Source: a virus
Reading direction: 5' to 3' (one strand)
Virus record (IMG/VR): IMGVR_UViG_3300028534_000014
Location: 55,272-119,271 of that record
Length of the DNA stretch: 64,000 nucleotides
Shown: positions 11,701-19,755 of the stretch, piece by piece
How the letters are laid out: each line of letters begins with the position of its first letter
How positions within the stretch are numbered: the first letter of the stretch is position 1
Notes under the pieces: model-generated
Told to the model about the DNA's origin: nothing
Databases searched by the model: none
The model's input: the letters and a program-made list of their open reading frames with translations, nothing else
Position numbers and translations under genes: made by a program

Positions 11701-12288
11701 ACCCATTATATCGATACAATGTTCTCAGAAATATATAGAACATTCCCGTATAAAGAGACATTCTTAGATGAGTTAGAGGGTGCTAATATACATAAAATTA
11801 ACAATTTATCAACTAATGCTATTGTCGATGGTGGAGCGGATATGTATGATGATGGTAACTTGATACTGTTTGATGGAATAGTACAATCATATGCAAATGC
11901 TCTGTACCAGAATAAATGTCTAGTTCTTATAATTCCAGAGGGGACTAAAAGAGTCGAAATTAGAGGTAACTTAGGCGCTGATGGAGATGGAACGAAAGAG
12001 GCATATGGTATATCCAATTTTGGTAAGTATCAATCTGCTGGAGTTAGAACATATAACGGCGCAGGCGGGGACCCTACTGTCAATCATTTAGTTGTTATTG
12101 ATGGTACTATCGATAGTCATACGTATGATAGTAGTACGGATGTTGATGATGATTTCTACACAATAACAGGTAAAGGCTATCTCATAGTATGGTGGGATGA
12201 TGAAGAAGTCGGTATCTCTGATGCTACTTATAATCATGCATGGATGAGCAATAAACTGACTGGAGAGGTAGAGACACCAAATGATTAG
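8794..12288 (+). CDS. Tail fibre/receptor-binding protein 3 with RCC1-like repeats and an extra C-terminal domain
   Basis: N-terminal AIDIN. Repeats LVLLTEDGRLFT and THFLDSNGNYLMVSG. Gly-rich C-terminal domain (GNLGADGDG...NGAGGD). Confidence 0.6.
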   Translation: MIYFYNNRLEKIDNNTDDVGQVYAIDINNIFKIFDNIRNMLHYTDKENMVTHSFYRLSKRELGAVTIVGNTYTLIEPSIPADGSDIRAYFRPPSTPDGELFIKINSRDTLPLYNHSGIRVTGDMITANSLYTIIIKSDRVVLGKPFTKFDGINNLASTAVTEEPFIIPIGTDAYSIIGAQYLIKKFNNEYNNDIVISIPDSAINSKALISMEILLKTLEHNKSISLDISFNYDNSTTPKITNIAGLRKEANDSDIDILVLDNGIALRPKTKFKKLLLSIPKISIKTTSIEKWVKGWNVTENDSLNPIAIVPTSITASVLNIEPDSRLNIMLNRISRHTLAESLYYRYCISTISYDGQDYECFIETHMNGQNGIQFAYSIDMNKPFYFYREIVNNDHTSEWYSHDLLKNSDKNALISELKNGYNKTIYDLILTYESLYGTNTSLYSDSTLYFQAGGDSNYTLAVSDITTDSNNKLALNKKSANSIFVPSTYKLYASEFDGKNSDYYKLPPVSTYTLDTGDKADAIFSRAHETVDTARRGIMERYLNISEGSVTDINKFIRLDADLPYVSCSFIGHNRRVKIGNILNGVNKVIDTDASPDETYKATKYVVNDNSVSEYYVVPEEPDTFRDSKAGSLALYNFKEMFDIGFNLAGVTYGNKLIKEYGDVVQLTSYPKIFTARDLKRLVYVIDTEAKVIHYYSRTNDVGEAYLVSSSDTGWNSITLDKLPETISITAYMTFTHFLDSNGNYLMVSGVQDWVRDITGDTGYTPADNPDGVKIDGVDEFYASDHILIYRKGSDWFVNGTVAGTSYNAEPLDNVYGNLPSNIKEGYNLIDGLVLLTEDGRLFTTYTQDDYQSEIFNTTDSIGKNFYTLYDIGDIKKVHTSISYLPFFMFERYDGTFITFNQTTHYRSFQTVDDTRFTYPANLEIVNTNGSIRILKDKQTLEIYTVSVYRDGLTKHGIDFRAYSNNADTHYIDTMFSEIYRTFPYKETFLDELEGANIHKINNLSTNAIVDGGADMYDDGNLILFDGIVQSYANALYQNKCLVLIIPEGTKRVEIRGNLGADGDGTKEAYGISNFGKYQSAGVRTYNGAGGDPTVNHLVVIDGTIDSHTYDSSTDVDDDFYTITGKGYLIVWWDDEEVGISDATYNHAWMSNKLTGEVETPND

Positions 12289-12339
12289 TCTTAAGAAGTA
12301 TTATTTCTATGAATATAAAAATTATTAAGGAATTTACAA

Positions 12340-12486
12340 ATGCAAAATATTATCCATCACCTTACATATAAAAACGCTATCATTGCAGGTTTATTATTCT
12401 CTTCATACGGGGTATATGTAGCGATAGGTATGTTCATAGGGTATATAGTTAATCTATATAGACTTCATTCTGGGGATGCAGTATAA
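12340..12486 (+). CDS. Small membrane protein (48 aa), not in the ORF track
   Basis: Hand translation MQNIIHHLTYKNAIIAGLLFSSYGVYVAIGMFIGYIVNLYRLHSGDAV. AAGGA RBS. The stop overlaps the next ATG (TAATG). Confidence 0.65.
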   Translation: MQNIIHHLTYKNAIIAGLLFSSYGVYVAIGMFIGYIVNLYRLHSGDAV

Positions 12487-12662
12487 TGATTACGAAAATC
12501 GCTCAATTCGTTTTCATAGTATTGGCTATTGTTATTATTATCAGCCAATACTTTATGGAAGGTATAATTAAGAAAGATGTTCCTATGGAACTTTTATTCT
12601 TAATTATCGGTATAGCGGCAGGGATTAAAGATATACCAGGCATGTTTAAGGGGAAGAAATGA
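12486..12662 (+). CDS. Small 2-TM membrane protein (58 aa, basic C-terminus; holin/antiholin-like), not in the ORF track
   Basis: Hand translation MITKIAQFVFIVLAIVIIISQYFMEGIIKKDVPMELLFLIIGIAAGIKDIPGMFKGKK. ATGA overlap with the next gene. Confidence 0.65.
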   Translation: MITKIAQFVFIVLAIVIIISQYFMEGIIKKDVPMELLFLIIGIAAGIKDIPGMFKGKK

Positions 12663-12913
12663 ATTATGTTATCTTAAATATAGTATGTGTAATCTTTTTA
12701 ACTTTAGTATTTACATACTTCAGCTTTAAGATGAAACTATCTAAATATGTTACAATGGGCATGTTTGTATTCTCTATAAATGTACTTATCTCTCATTATT
12801 TATATCATATGCACGATATACACATTGAAGGAGTCTTTGGTCTATTGAATACTTTAGCGCTACTTTCTGTATTACTTGGATTTAATACTGTATATAGGAG
12901 TAGAAAATGCTAA
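12659..12913 (+). CDS. Small 3-TM membrane protein
   Basis: Three hydrophobic segments, basic tail RSRKC, translational coupling on both sides. Confidence 0.65.
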   Translation: MNYVILNIVCVIFLTLVFTYFSFKMKLSKYVTMGMFVFSINVLISHYLYHMHDIHIEGVFGLLNTLALLSVLLGFNTVYRSRKC

Positions 12914-13182
12914 GTATATTAATGAGCATCATATCGATTGTTATGATAATGATTGGATTAGTGGTTATATGGCATAGCTTAGACATGTGCTGTAATCTGT
13001 TTATAAGATTAGGTTTAAAACTAATGGCTGTAGATTTAATCCTGCAAGCTATTACTATTATGGTAGGAACATATGATCTAACACTATACTCGCATATTGA
13101 TGAGTTAAGGTTACGCGGGATAACACTATTAGTTTTTACAATAGGCATTATTATTAGTTATAGACAGAACAAGAGTAGATAG
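12907..13182 (+). CDS. Small 3-TM membrane protein
   Basis: Three hydrophobic segments, basic tail RQNKSR, followed by a hairpin. Confidence 0.65.
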   Translation: MLSILMSIISIVMIMIGLVVIWHSLDMCCNLFIRLGLKLMAVDLILQAITIMVGTYDLTLYSHIDELRLRGITLLVFTIGIIISYRQNKSR

Positions 13183-13199
13183 CTTTTATAAGCTATCTA
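13176..13199 (+). terminator. 10-bp hairpin over a stop codon
   Basis: TAGATAGCTT-TTAT-AAGCTATCTA. Confidence 0.6.
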
Positions 13200-13246
13200 T
13201 TATATACTATTTCACGGTTCTATGAGAATAGATGAAAGGAAAAAAT

Positions 13247-13732
13247 ATGCATTTAGCATTCTACAAAGCTTTTAATCCGAAGGCTACTCTATTAGATAGT
13301 CTCATAGGCTCTTTCTCAAAAGGCTGTTATAGCCATGTTGAGATAGTGATTGATTATAATAAAGACGGGCGTAGCTTTTGTATAGGCTCTTCTGCCCGAG
13401 ATGGCGGCGTTCGTAAAAAGCATATCTTTTTAAAAGATGAGCAATGGGAAGTTATACAATTAAATTTCCTTACTAACGAACAGATAATGAAGATACATAC
13501 GGCATTAAATAAATACTTGGGCTATAAATATGATATCTTAGGAGCATTGACTAGTATATTTGGCATAAAGGTAGATATACAGAATAGAGTCTTTTGCTCA
13601 GAGTTAGTGGCATTAACAGTATTAGGTGTAATGGGTGAACCATTTCTAATAAGTGATATTCCTCCATCATATCTAAGGAATAAGATATTGGAATTAAATA
13701 AGAAACATACAACAACAATAAAGGATATATAA
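13247..13732 (+). CDS. Permuted papain-like NlpC/P60 amidase (YaeF/YiiX-type)
   Basis: Catalytic His in GCYSHVEIV precedes Cys in FCSELVA; also YDILG. Start placed after the AAAGGA RBS (13232 is an alternative). Confidence 0.8.
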   Translation: MHLAFYKAFNPKATLLDSLIGSFSKGCYSHVEIVIDYNKDGRSFCIGSSARDGGVRKKHIFLKDEQWEVIQLNFLTNEQIMKIHTALNKYLGYKYDILGALTSIFGIKVDIQNRVFCSELVALTVLGVMGEPFLISDIPPSYLRNKILELNKKHTTTIKDI

Positions 13733-14269
13733 ATGAACATGTTTAACGATTTGATGAACCAAGGTAAGGACCAATTAGCTTCTGCTCTATTAAATGGTCT
13801 ATTAAAAAAGGGTACGGAATTTGTACAAAGTAAATTAAAAGAGTCAACAGGCATCGATATAGATTTCAATAACCCTACACCAGAGCAGACACAAGCTGTA
13901 GTAAATAATGAGAAGCAAATCTTAGCTGATTTAGAGATGGTTAAAGAGTCTAATAGACATGATGAGGCTGAAGCTACTATGAGGTTAAAAGAGTTCGAGC
14001 AAGAGAGCAAAAATACTAATGATGCCAGAAACGCTATAACAGCATCACTAGCATCAACTAGCCCTCACGCTAGAGCATTTGGGTACTTAGCAGTAGTTAT
14101 GATACCTGTAATGTTTATATTCTTCTCTGCACTATTAACAGCTATGGTTCTGGGTAAAGTAGAAGCTAACCCTACAACTATTAGCACTGTAGAATTCTTA
14201 AAATATGCTATTACGCTAATCGTAGGTTTCTTTGTAGGTTCTAGTACAGGTAGCAAATTAAAGACTTGA
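13733..14269 (+). CDS. Putative holin (GTA_holin_3TM-like)
   Basis: Helical N-terminus, D-ARN motif, two TM helices, C-terminal IVGFFVGSSTGSKLK typical of this family. Directly upstream of the endolysin. Confidence 0.7.
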   Translation: MNMFNDLMNQGKDQLASALLNGLLKKGTEFVQSKLKESTGIDIDFNNPTPEQTQAVVNNEKQILADLEMVKESNRHDEAEATMRLKEFEQESKNTNDARNAITASLASTSPHARAFGYLAVVMIPVMFIFFSALLTAMVLGKVEANPTTISTVEFLKYAITLIVGFFVGSSTGSKLKT

Positions 14270-14279
14270 AAGGTATAAT

Positions 14280-15170
14280 ATGAAATTAACTAATATAGCC
14301 AATCTTAAAGGAACGCTGTATTATGATCGAATGGTTATGCTACAAACTATATTAGATAATCAGTTAGTGGATTATCTACAAAAAGCATTAAGCTATTTTG
14401 GTTATAATTATGTTAAAGTAACACATATATTAGACACACCTACTATTATAGCATTTATAACACATCCTAATAGTTTAGAGATTATCCAGGCAGTCAAAGC
14501 CCTGAAAGAGGCTGATGATAGTAGAAACAGGATAGTCAGGGATAAGTTAGTAGGTAAGCAGACTATTATGTCTTTCTTACATGCTAATGAGGGCGATGAT
14601 ATAGCCTGGCTTCCAGGTGAAAAGGGTGTGACAGGACCAATGGGTGTTTATAGCTACTTACACCCTAAGTCTGAGCCTATACAGTTATTAAAAAGGTTAT
14701 ATAAAAAATATGGATATAATTTTTATAATAGAACACATGCTAGATTAATGAATAGAGCTATCTCTAAGAGTGAAAGAGAAGCTTTGATAGAGAGTGCTTG
14801 GTTATACTATAAAAAGACATATTTAGTAGATACATTAGATTTCCTTAAATATTATCCTAAGAGCTATTTAACACTTTTTAGCAATAATCTTAATGCAGGT
14901 AAGAGTAGAGGGATAAAAGTGCTTCAGGAGGCTGTTGGGGCCTATAGTGATGGCATTCCTGGTAAAAAGACTGTGAAGACTGTGCTTAATTATGTTAAAG
15001 TACATAAAGATAATGGACTTAATCAAGCTCAGTTATCATTTATGGCTAAATTCTATATATACTTATGCACTAAATCTAAAAGAGCTAAACACTTCTTTAA
15101 GTTTAGAAAAGGATGGTGCAATAGATTGAAATATTTAGGATTTAAAACAATTAAAAATACTTGTGTCTAG
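14280..15170 (+). CDS. Endolysin: GH108 muramidase + PG_binding_3, with a degenerate N-terminal PG-binding-like segment
   Basis: NEGDDIAWLPGEKGVTGPMGV resembles GH108 EGG...DPGG.T.YGI. NNLNAGKSRGIKVLQEAVGAYSDGIPGKKT. C-terminal FRKGWCNRL. Confidence 0.8.
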   Translation: MKLTNIANLKGTLYYDRMVMLQTILDNQLVDYLQKALSYFGYNYVKVTHILDTPTIIAFITHPNSLEIIQAVKALKEADDSRNRIVRDKLVGKQTIMSFLHANEGDDIAWLPGEKGVTGPMGVYSYLHPKSEPIQLLKRLYKKYGYNFYNRTHARLMNRAISKSEREALIESAWLYYKKTYLVDTLDFLKYYPKSYLTLFSNNLNAGKSRGIKVLQEAVGAYSDGIPGKKTVKTVLNYVKVHKDNGLNQAQLSFMAKFYIYLCTKSKRAKHFFKFRKGWCNRLKYLGFKTIKNTCV

Positions 15171-15183
15171 CATATGCTAGACA
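15164..15183 (+). terminator. Perfect 20-bp palindrome, CATATG core
   Basis: TGTCTAGCATATGCTAGACA over the endolysin TAG. T7 tract 7 nt downstream. Confidence 0.65.
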
Positions 15184-15202
15184 TGAGTTATTTTTTTATT
15201 GT

Positions 15203-15219
15203 ATATCATTGTTAAATAG
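15203..15219 (+). promoter_or_regulatory. Putative phage promoter motif (degenerate copy)
   Basis: T-tract then ATATCATTGTTAAATAG, ~20 nt before the dut RBS. Confidence 0.4.
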
Positions 15220-15241
15220 AATATAATAATAAGGAGAAATA

Positions 15242-16240
15242 ATGTTTAAAACATTAACTAAAGAAGATATTGTTGATTATATAGTGGACGGTATAAAGGA
15301 CAGAAGTGCTAATGATTTATATAGTTATATAGAAATACTAAATATAGAACATGATGGGTATGCTAAGATTAAGATACCGTTTACTTATCTTCTAGCACGA
15401 GATACAGTGGATGATTTAGATGCACTGTATAGAGAAATGTCTTTATATACAATAGAAGAACTAACGATGCGTGTTAATGAAATAATATCAGATTATAGTC
15501 GTATTAAACTAGTAGAGAAGATAAGTGATTTTATTAATAGTGAAAGTATCAAAAATAACCCAATCCTAGAAGTCTCTGAACTATGTGAAATGTTTATATT
15601 ACAAAATAAACTAAACAAAAAAACAATAGGCGATAATTGGAGCATTATAGACTATATTGATAATAAACGTATCGATTGGTTTACATATATCATAACAGAG
15701 TTAGCTGAGGCTATAGAGAGTTTGAATTATAAACATTGGAAACAGCAGAAGAATGATATAGATAACTTCTTAATAGAAGCTGTAGATGTTATGCATTTTA
15801 TCATAAGTAAGATTATTAAAGATAATAGTACTAAACCAAGAAATAGCGATATGTTATGCAGATTAGCAACAACTGTTTTTCAAGATGCTAGAATGGATAG
15901 AATAATGCCTAATGATATGGAAATAGACATTGATGGGGTTATAGATGCAATAAAAGATATAATGAAAAAACCTAATTCTAATCAGTCTATCTTATTAAAT
16001 TACATTAAGATGTTAGAGAAAGCACATATCTCATTATTTACTATATATCAAATATATCTAGGTAAGAATATACTGAATGAATTCAGACAAAATAATGGAT
16101 ATAAAGATGGGACCTATATTAAGATATGGGATGGTATTGAGGATAATATCTATATGCTAAATAAGATAAAAGATGGTATAGATATTGATGACTTATATGA
16201 GATATTAGAGAATAAATATACTAAAATACGAAGTAGATAG
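15242..16240 (+). CDS. dut: Dimeric all-alpha dUTPase (Campylobacter/trypanosome type) with ~110-aa N-terminal extension
   Basis: Motifs LQNKLN, ELAEAIESLNYKHWK, EAVDVMHF, KNILNEFRQNNGYKDGTYIKIWDGIEDN. Confidence 0.9.
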   Translation: MFKTLTKEDIVDYIVDGIKDRSANDLYSYIEILNIEHDGYAKIKIPFTYLLARDTVDDLDALYREMSLYTIEELTMRVNEIISDYSRIKLVEKISDFINSESIKNNPILEVSELCEMFILQNKLNKKTIGDNWSIIDYIDNKRIDWFTYIITELAEAIESLNYKHWKQQKNDIDNFLIEAVDVMHFIISKIIKDNSTKPRNSDMLCRLATTVFQDARMDRIMPNDMEIDIDGVIDAIKDIMKKPNSNQSILLNYIKMLEKAHISLFTIYQIYLGKNILNEFRQNNGYKDGTYIKIWDGIEDNIYMLNKIKDGIDIDDLYEILENKYTKIRSR

Positions 16241-16263
16241 TAGGTCATATGACCTGCTATCTA
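16234..16263 (+). terminator. 30-bp palindrome, CATATG core, one U-G pair
   Basis: TAGATAGTAGGTCATATGACCTGCTATCTA over the dUTPase TAG. Confidence 0.65.
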
Positions 16264-16312
16264 TACATTATTTATGACTCAAATAGTTCATTAGACGAAA
16301 AAGGAGAAAGTT

Positions 16313-18445
16313 ATGATAAAAGAATTTGTAAATAGTTTAGATAAATATACTTTTGAACTAAAACCCATTGAGGGAGCTAAGAATAAGATGGTTTTATACT
16401 TAATGGAAAAGTATAATATATCCCGAGATAAGGCTATAGATATAGTAAATAAAGCCATAACTGAAAAAGGTCCTATTAACCCCACGGTTAAATATTGGGA
16501 AAGAGATAAAAAGACATTAGACAAACATGAAAGGAGTATATCTCTATCAAATTATATACATACTATAACATCAGAAGATTTAATCATTGTGCCTAGCGGT
16601 ACCTGTTATATCAAGAAAGATGAATATGGTCAAGATATAAAGTCATTAGACGCAGAATGGACTGTTGATAATATGATACGCCGTAACGAGGAGAAGAGTG
16701 AAGCTAAGAAACTTAAAGCCTTAGGGGAGTTTGAGAAAGCTGAAATACCTGATACATTGCAAAATGTTATGAAGACTAAGAATAACTCTTTGTCTGGTAT
16801 TTATAGTTTACAACATTTACCTATATCTACCCATAGCGCTCATTATACTTTAACCTCTATTACTAGAGTGACTTCAGGTATAGGTAACATACTAAGCGAG
16901 AAATTAGTCGCAGGTAATCGATTTTATAGAGTAAAGAATGATGTTTTAGCAGAGTTTGTGAGTTTACTGGAAGCTAGTAATTATGATAATGTTAAAAATG
17001 TAATAAATAAATATAAACTAGTAGAGCCGACTACTGATAACGTTATTGATATGATTATTGATAGTAGTAAATGGTATTGGAGTGATAGAAATTATATCTC
17101 ATTTATTAGAGAATTTATAGATGAATTAGACGGTATACAAAAAGCCATTATCTTATATACTCACGATATGTTTCACCTATATAAATTAAATAGAGAGTTT
17201 ATGACCACTATGGTAAATAAAATGGCATACAAAACATCAACTATTACTGATGATATAGAGATTATCAAGAGTGCAGATGAGTCTATTAAAAATATCGTAC
17301 ACCATATATGTGCTAAAGAGTTAAGAGGCAAAGGCATGGATTATGATAAATTTAAAGGGACGCAGATAGGCAATACATTAGCTAGTACTACATATCATCT
17401 ACTAGCCATGTTAGAACGATATAGTGATTTTATCTCAGCATTCTTTAAAGATGTATTCCTTATACCTATTAATACTGCTTCTGTTAAAGAGATGGTTAGG
17501 AAGTCTATATCATTATCAGATACAGATAGCACTTGTGCATCCTATTTTAGTCTAATCAATAATGATAAGGTTATGTTCCAAACAGACTTTAGTGATATAG
17601 CTAAATCATCTATCATTATGATGTTCAATACAGAGACGATGAACCATCTACTCCGTATATATGCATCACAAATGAACGCAAGAAAAGAGCATTACGATAG
17701 AATAAAGATGAAACCTGAGTTTTTCTGGGATGTATTTATACCTATGAATGGTTCTAAGCATTATATTAATAGGTCAATGGTAGAAGAGCTTATTGTGCTA
17801 CCTGAAGATAAATTAGAACCATCGTCATCAGGAGTTTCATTAATAGCATCTAAATTACCTATTAAATATAGCGAGAAACTGGACGAATTTAAAACCTGGT
17901 ACATAGATATGGCTACAGGGAAAGTGCCTGTGTCTATAGGCGAATTCGTCGATAAGATTATAGCTATAGAACAAGATATTGTTGAAACCTCTACTAAGTC
18001 CCCGTTTGAGGTATTAGGTATAGAGAAGATTAAACCTATGAAAGATTATAGTAACTCTTGGGATAAATCTCCTTATTTTTATTATGAGTTATATATAAAG
18101 ACTATAGGCAATAAATACGGTAAAATTGATGAAGCTCCTATACTTACCGTAAAAGTACCAGTTACAACAAGTAAAAAACAACTACTAGATAACTGGATAG
18201 CGACTCTATCCCCTAAGCAACAATATGGCATTAGAGGAGTATTGGAAGAGAGTGGTAAATCGGCTATTAATATATGGAGAATACCTAAAGGAGTTGCGGA
18301 GGCTCATGGTATTCCAACAGAATTATTAAACATAATAGATTATAAGAAGATTATTCTTAATATAATGAAACCATTCTATATGTTAGCGGAAGCCGCTGGT
18401 ATATATGTTTATGAAGACACTACCTTTAGCGAGGTTTATATCTAA
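16313..18445 (+). CDS. Split family-B DNA polymerase, catalytic subunit (phiKZ gp050-like)
   Basis: Q..MKT.NNSLSG (motif B-like) and SLSDTDSTC (YGDTDS-like motif C). No exonuclease domain recognised. Confidence 0.82.
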   Translation: MIKEFVNSLDKYTFELKPIEGAKNKMVLYLMEKYNISRDKAIDIVNKAITEKGPINPTVKYWERDKKTLDKHERSISLSNYIHTITSEDLIIVPSGTCYIKKDEYGQDIKSLDAEWTVDNMIRRNEEKSEAKKLKALGEFEKAEIPDTLQNVMKTKNNSLSGIYSLQHLPISTHSAHYTLTSITRVTSGIGNILSEKLVAGNRFYRVKNDVLAEFVSLLEASNYDNVKNVINKYKLVEPTTDNVIDMIIDSSKWYWSDRNYISFIREFIDELDGIQKAIILYTHDMFHLYKLNREFMTTMVNKMAYKTSTITDDIEIIKSADESIKNIVHHICAKELRGKGMDYDKFKGTQIGNTLASTTYHLLAMLERYSDFISAFFKDVFLIPINTASVKEMVRKSISLSDTDSTCASYFSLINNDKVMFQTDFSDIAKSSIIMMFNTETMNHLLRIYASQMNARKEHYDRIKMKPEFFWDVFIPMNGSKHYINRSMVEELIVLPEDKLEPSSSGVSLIASKLPIKYSEKLDEFKTWYIDMATGKVPVSIGEFVDKIIAIEQDIVETSTKSPFEVLGIEKIKPMKDYSNSWDKSPYFYYELYIKTIGNKYGKIDEAPILTVKVPVTTSKKQLLDNWIATLSPKQQYGIRGVLEESGKSAINIWRIPKGVAEAHGIPTELLNIIDYKKIILNIMKPFYMLAEAAGIYVYEDTTFSEVYI

Positions 18446-18489
18446 TGCTATAGTTTTATGATTACAAATCAATACATAAAAGAGGTGAG

Positions 18490-19002
18490 ATGATAATTAT
18501 TACTAGCAATGGATTAGAAGTAAGTGATATAAAGAGAAGACTAGCTGCGTATTTAGATATCTTTACAATTAGTAAGGTTGATGATGGTATTGTTATAAGA
18601 GTCCCGCATAAACTAAAATATACTAATACTGATACCTTGTGGTTAGTTAGAAATTCATTAGAGAAAATTGATAATATCATTATCAAGGATATTAAGAGAA
18701 CACCGGTGGCAGAAGTATTAGATGATATTACTCTATATGAGCAGATTAAAGATAATGAATTAACATCAATTGAACGCGGGTTTATATCATTAGTACCGAA
18801 GGTATTATTAAAGAGACCTACAAAATATCATGATAGTCTAAATGGTTATCCCCAATACGAAATGCTAAAAAGAGATGTCTTTAAAATAAAGACAGACTTA
18901 CCTAAGAGTTCAGGTGATAGATTAGTACTGTCTAGATTAATAGATAGTATATTCTTATTTATAAATAAAAGGTTAGATTATGTCCCAGCACTGGCGAAAT
19001 AG
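18490..19002 (+). CDS. Hypothetical protein
   Basis: 170-aa ORF with GAGG RBS, downstream of the polymerase. Confidence 0.6.
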   Translation: MIIITSNGLEVSDIKRRLAAYLDIFTISKVDDGIVIRVPHKLKYTNTDTLWLVRNSLEKIDNIIIKDIKRTPVAEVLDDITLYEQIKDNELTSIERGFISLVPKVLLKRPTKYHDSLNGYPQYEMLKRDVFKIKTDLPKSSGDRLVLSRLIDSIFLFINKRLDYVPALAK

Positions 19003-19288
19003 TAAAGAGTGGCATAGTGCTAGAAATCTAGCATTAGAATTGCATCCCTATTGCGATATATGCGGAGCTACTTCTAGATTACAGGTACATCATATGGATG
19101 ATGCTAGTTATCATCCTGATGAACGATATATACAATCTAACTTGAAAGTCTTGTGCTATAAGTGTCATTTCACAATGCTACATATACTCTATAAAGGCGG
19201 TACTAGGAGGAAGACTACAAAAAAAGATTACAGAAGATTTAAAGCTTTGGCTAAATACTATATAAAGACATCGTATACTACTAGATAG
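18980..19288 (+). CDS. HNH endonuclease
   Basis: CDIC...LQVHH...NLKVLCYKCH: Zn-knuckle plus HNH signature. Confidence 0.9.
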   Translation: MSQHWRNSKEWHSARNLALELHPYCDICGATSRLQVHHMDDASYHPDERYIQSNLKVLCYKCHFTMLHILYKGGTRRKTTKKDYRRFKALAKYYIKTSYTTR

Positions 19289-19310
19289 CCATATGGCTAT
19301 CTAGTAGTAT
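19275..19310. terminator. Perfect 36-bp palindrome between convergent genes, CATATG core
   Basis: ATACTACTAGATAGCCATATGGCTATCTAGTAGTAT. The two TAG stops (19286-88 and 19297-99) are symmetric about the centre. Confidence 0.7.
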
Positions 19311-19743
19311 GCTCTCTTACTATTAACACGCTATCTTTATCCATTATATCTATAAACCTTTTCTCTATCTCTATACTAGGTGTTAGACTATCTAATGTAT
19401 ATATACCAGGACGTAAATCCAGTTCTGGATAATCGCTACTGTTTATTATGATAGAGTATCCTTTTTTGATATTGTTCATTTTATGAACTAGAACGACATC
19501 AAGTTTGAATACATCTGCGACCAATCCAAATCTCTTAGTAATAGGATCATAATACTGTCCATACTCTCTAGCAATACCTGTTTCTTTATTAGTATGAACA
19601 CTTCTACCAGCTATACGATATGGTATATCGGTATCTATATCATCTACCTCGTCCTCTAATGGCAATCTATAAAATGGATGTTTTTGGATATATTCTATAA
19701 TCCCGTCATATGTCATCTTTTTTATAAGTCTTTTGATATGCAT
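19297..19743 (-). CDS. Hypothetical protein; N-terminus weakly resembles DUF1566/Lcl (RLP motif)
   Basis: AAGGAG RBS. MTYDGIIEYIQKHPFYRLPLEDEV resembles W.eA..yC...gwRLPt.eEL. Confidence 0.55.
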   Translation of the reverse strand: MHIKRLIKKMTYDGIIEYIQKHPFYRLPLEDEVDDIDTDIPYRIAGRSVHTNKETGIAREYGQYYDPITKRFGLVADVFKLDVVLVHKMNNIKKGYSIIINSSDYPELDLRPGIYTLDSLTPSIEIEKRFIDIMDKDSVLIVREHTTR

Positions 19744-19755
19744 AAAACTCCTTTT

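Noticed and set aside
2906-12288. Diversity-generating retroelement acting on the tail fibres
   Set aside because: No reverse transcriptase and no TR/VR adenine-mismatch repeat pair was recognised in the window.
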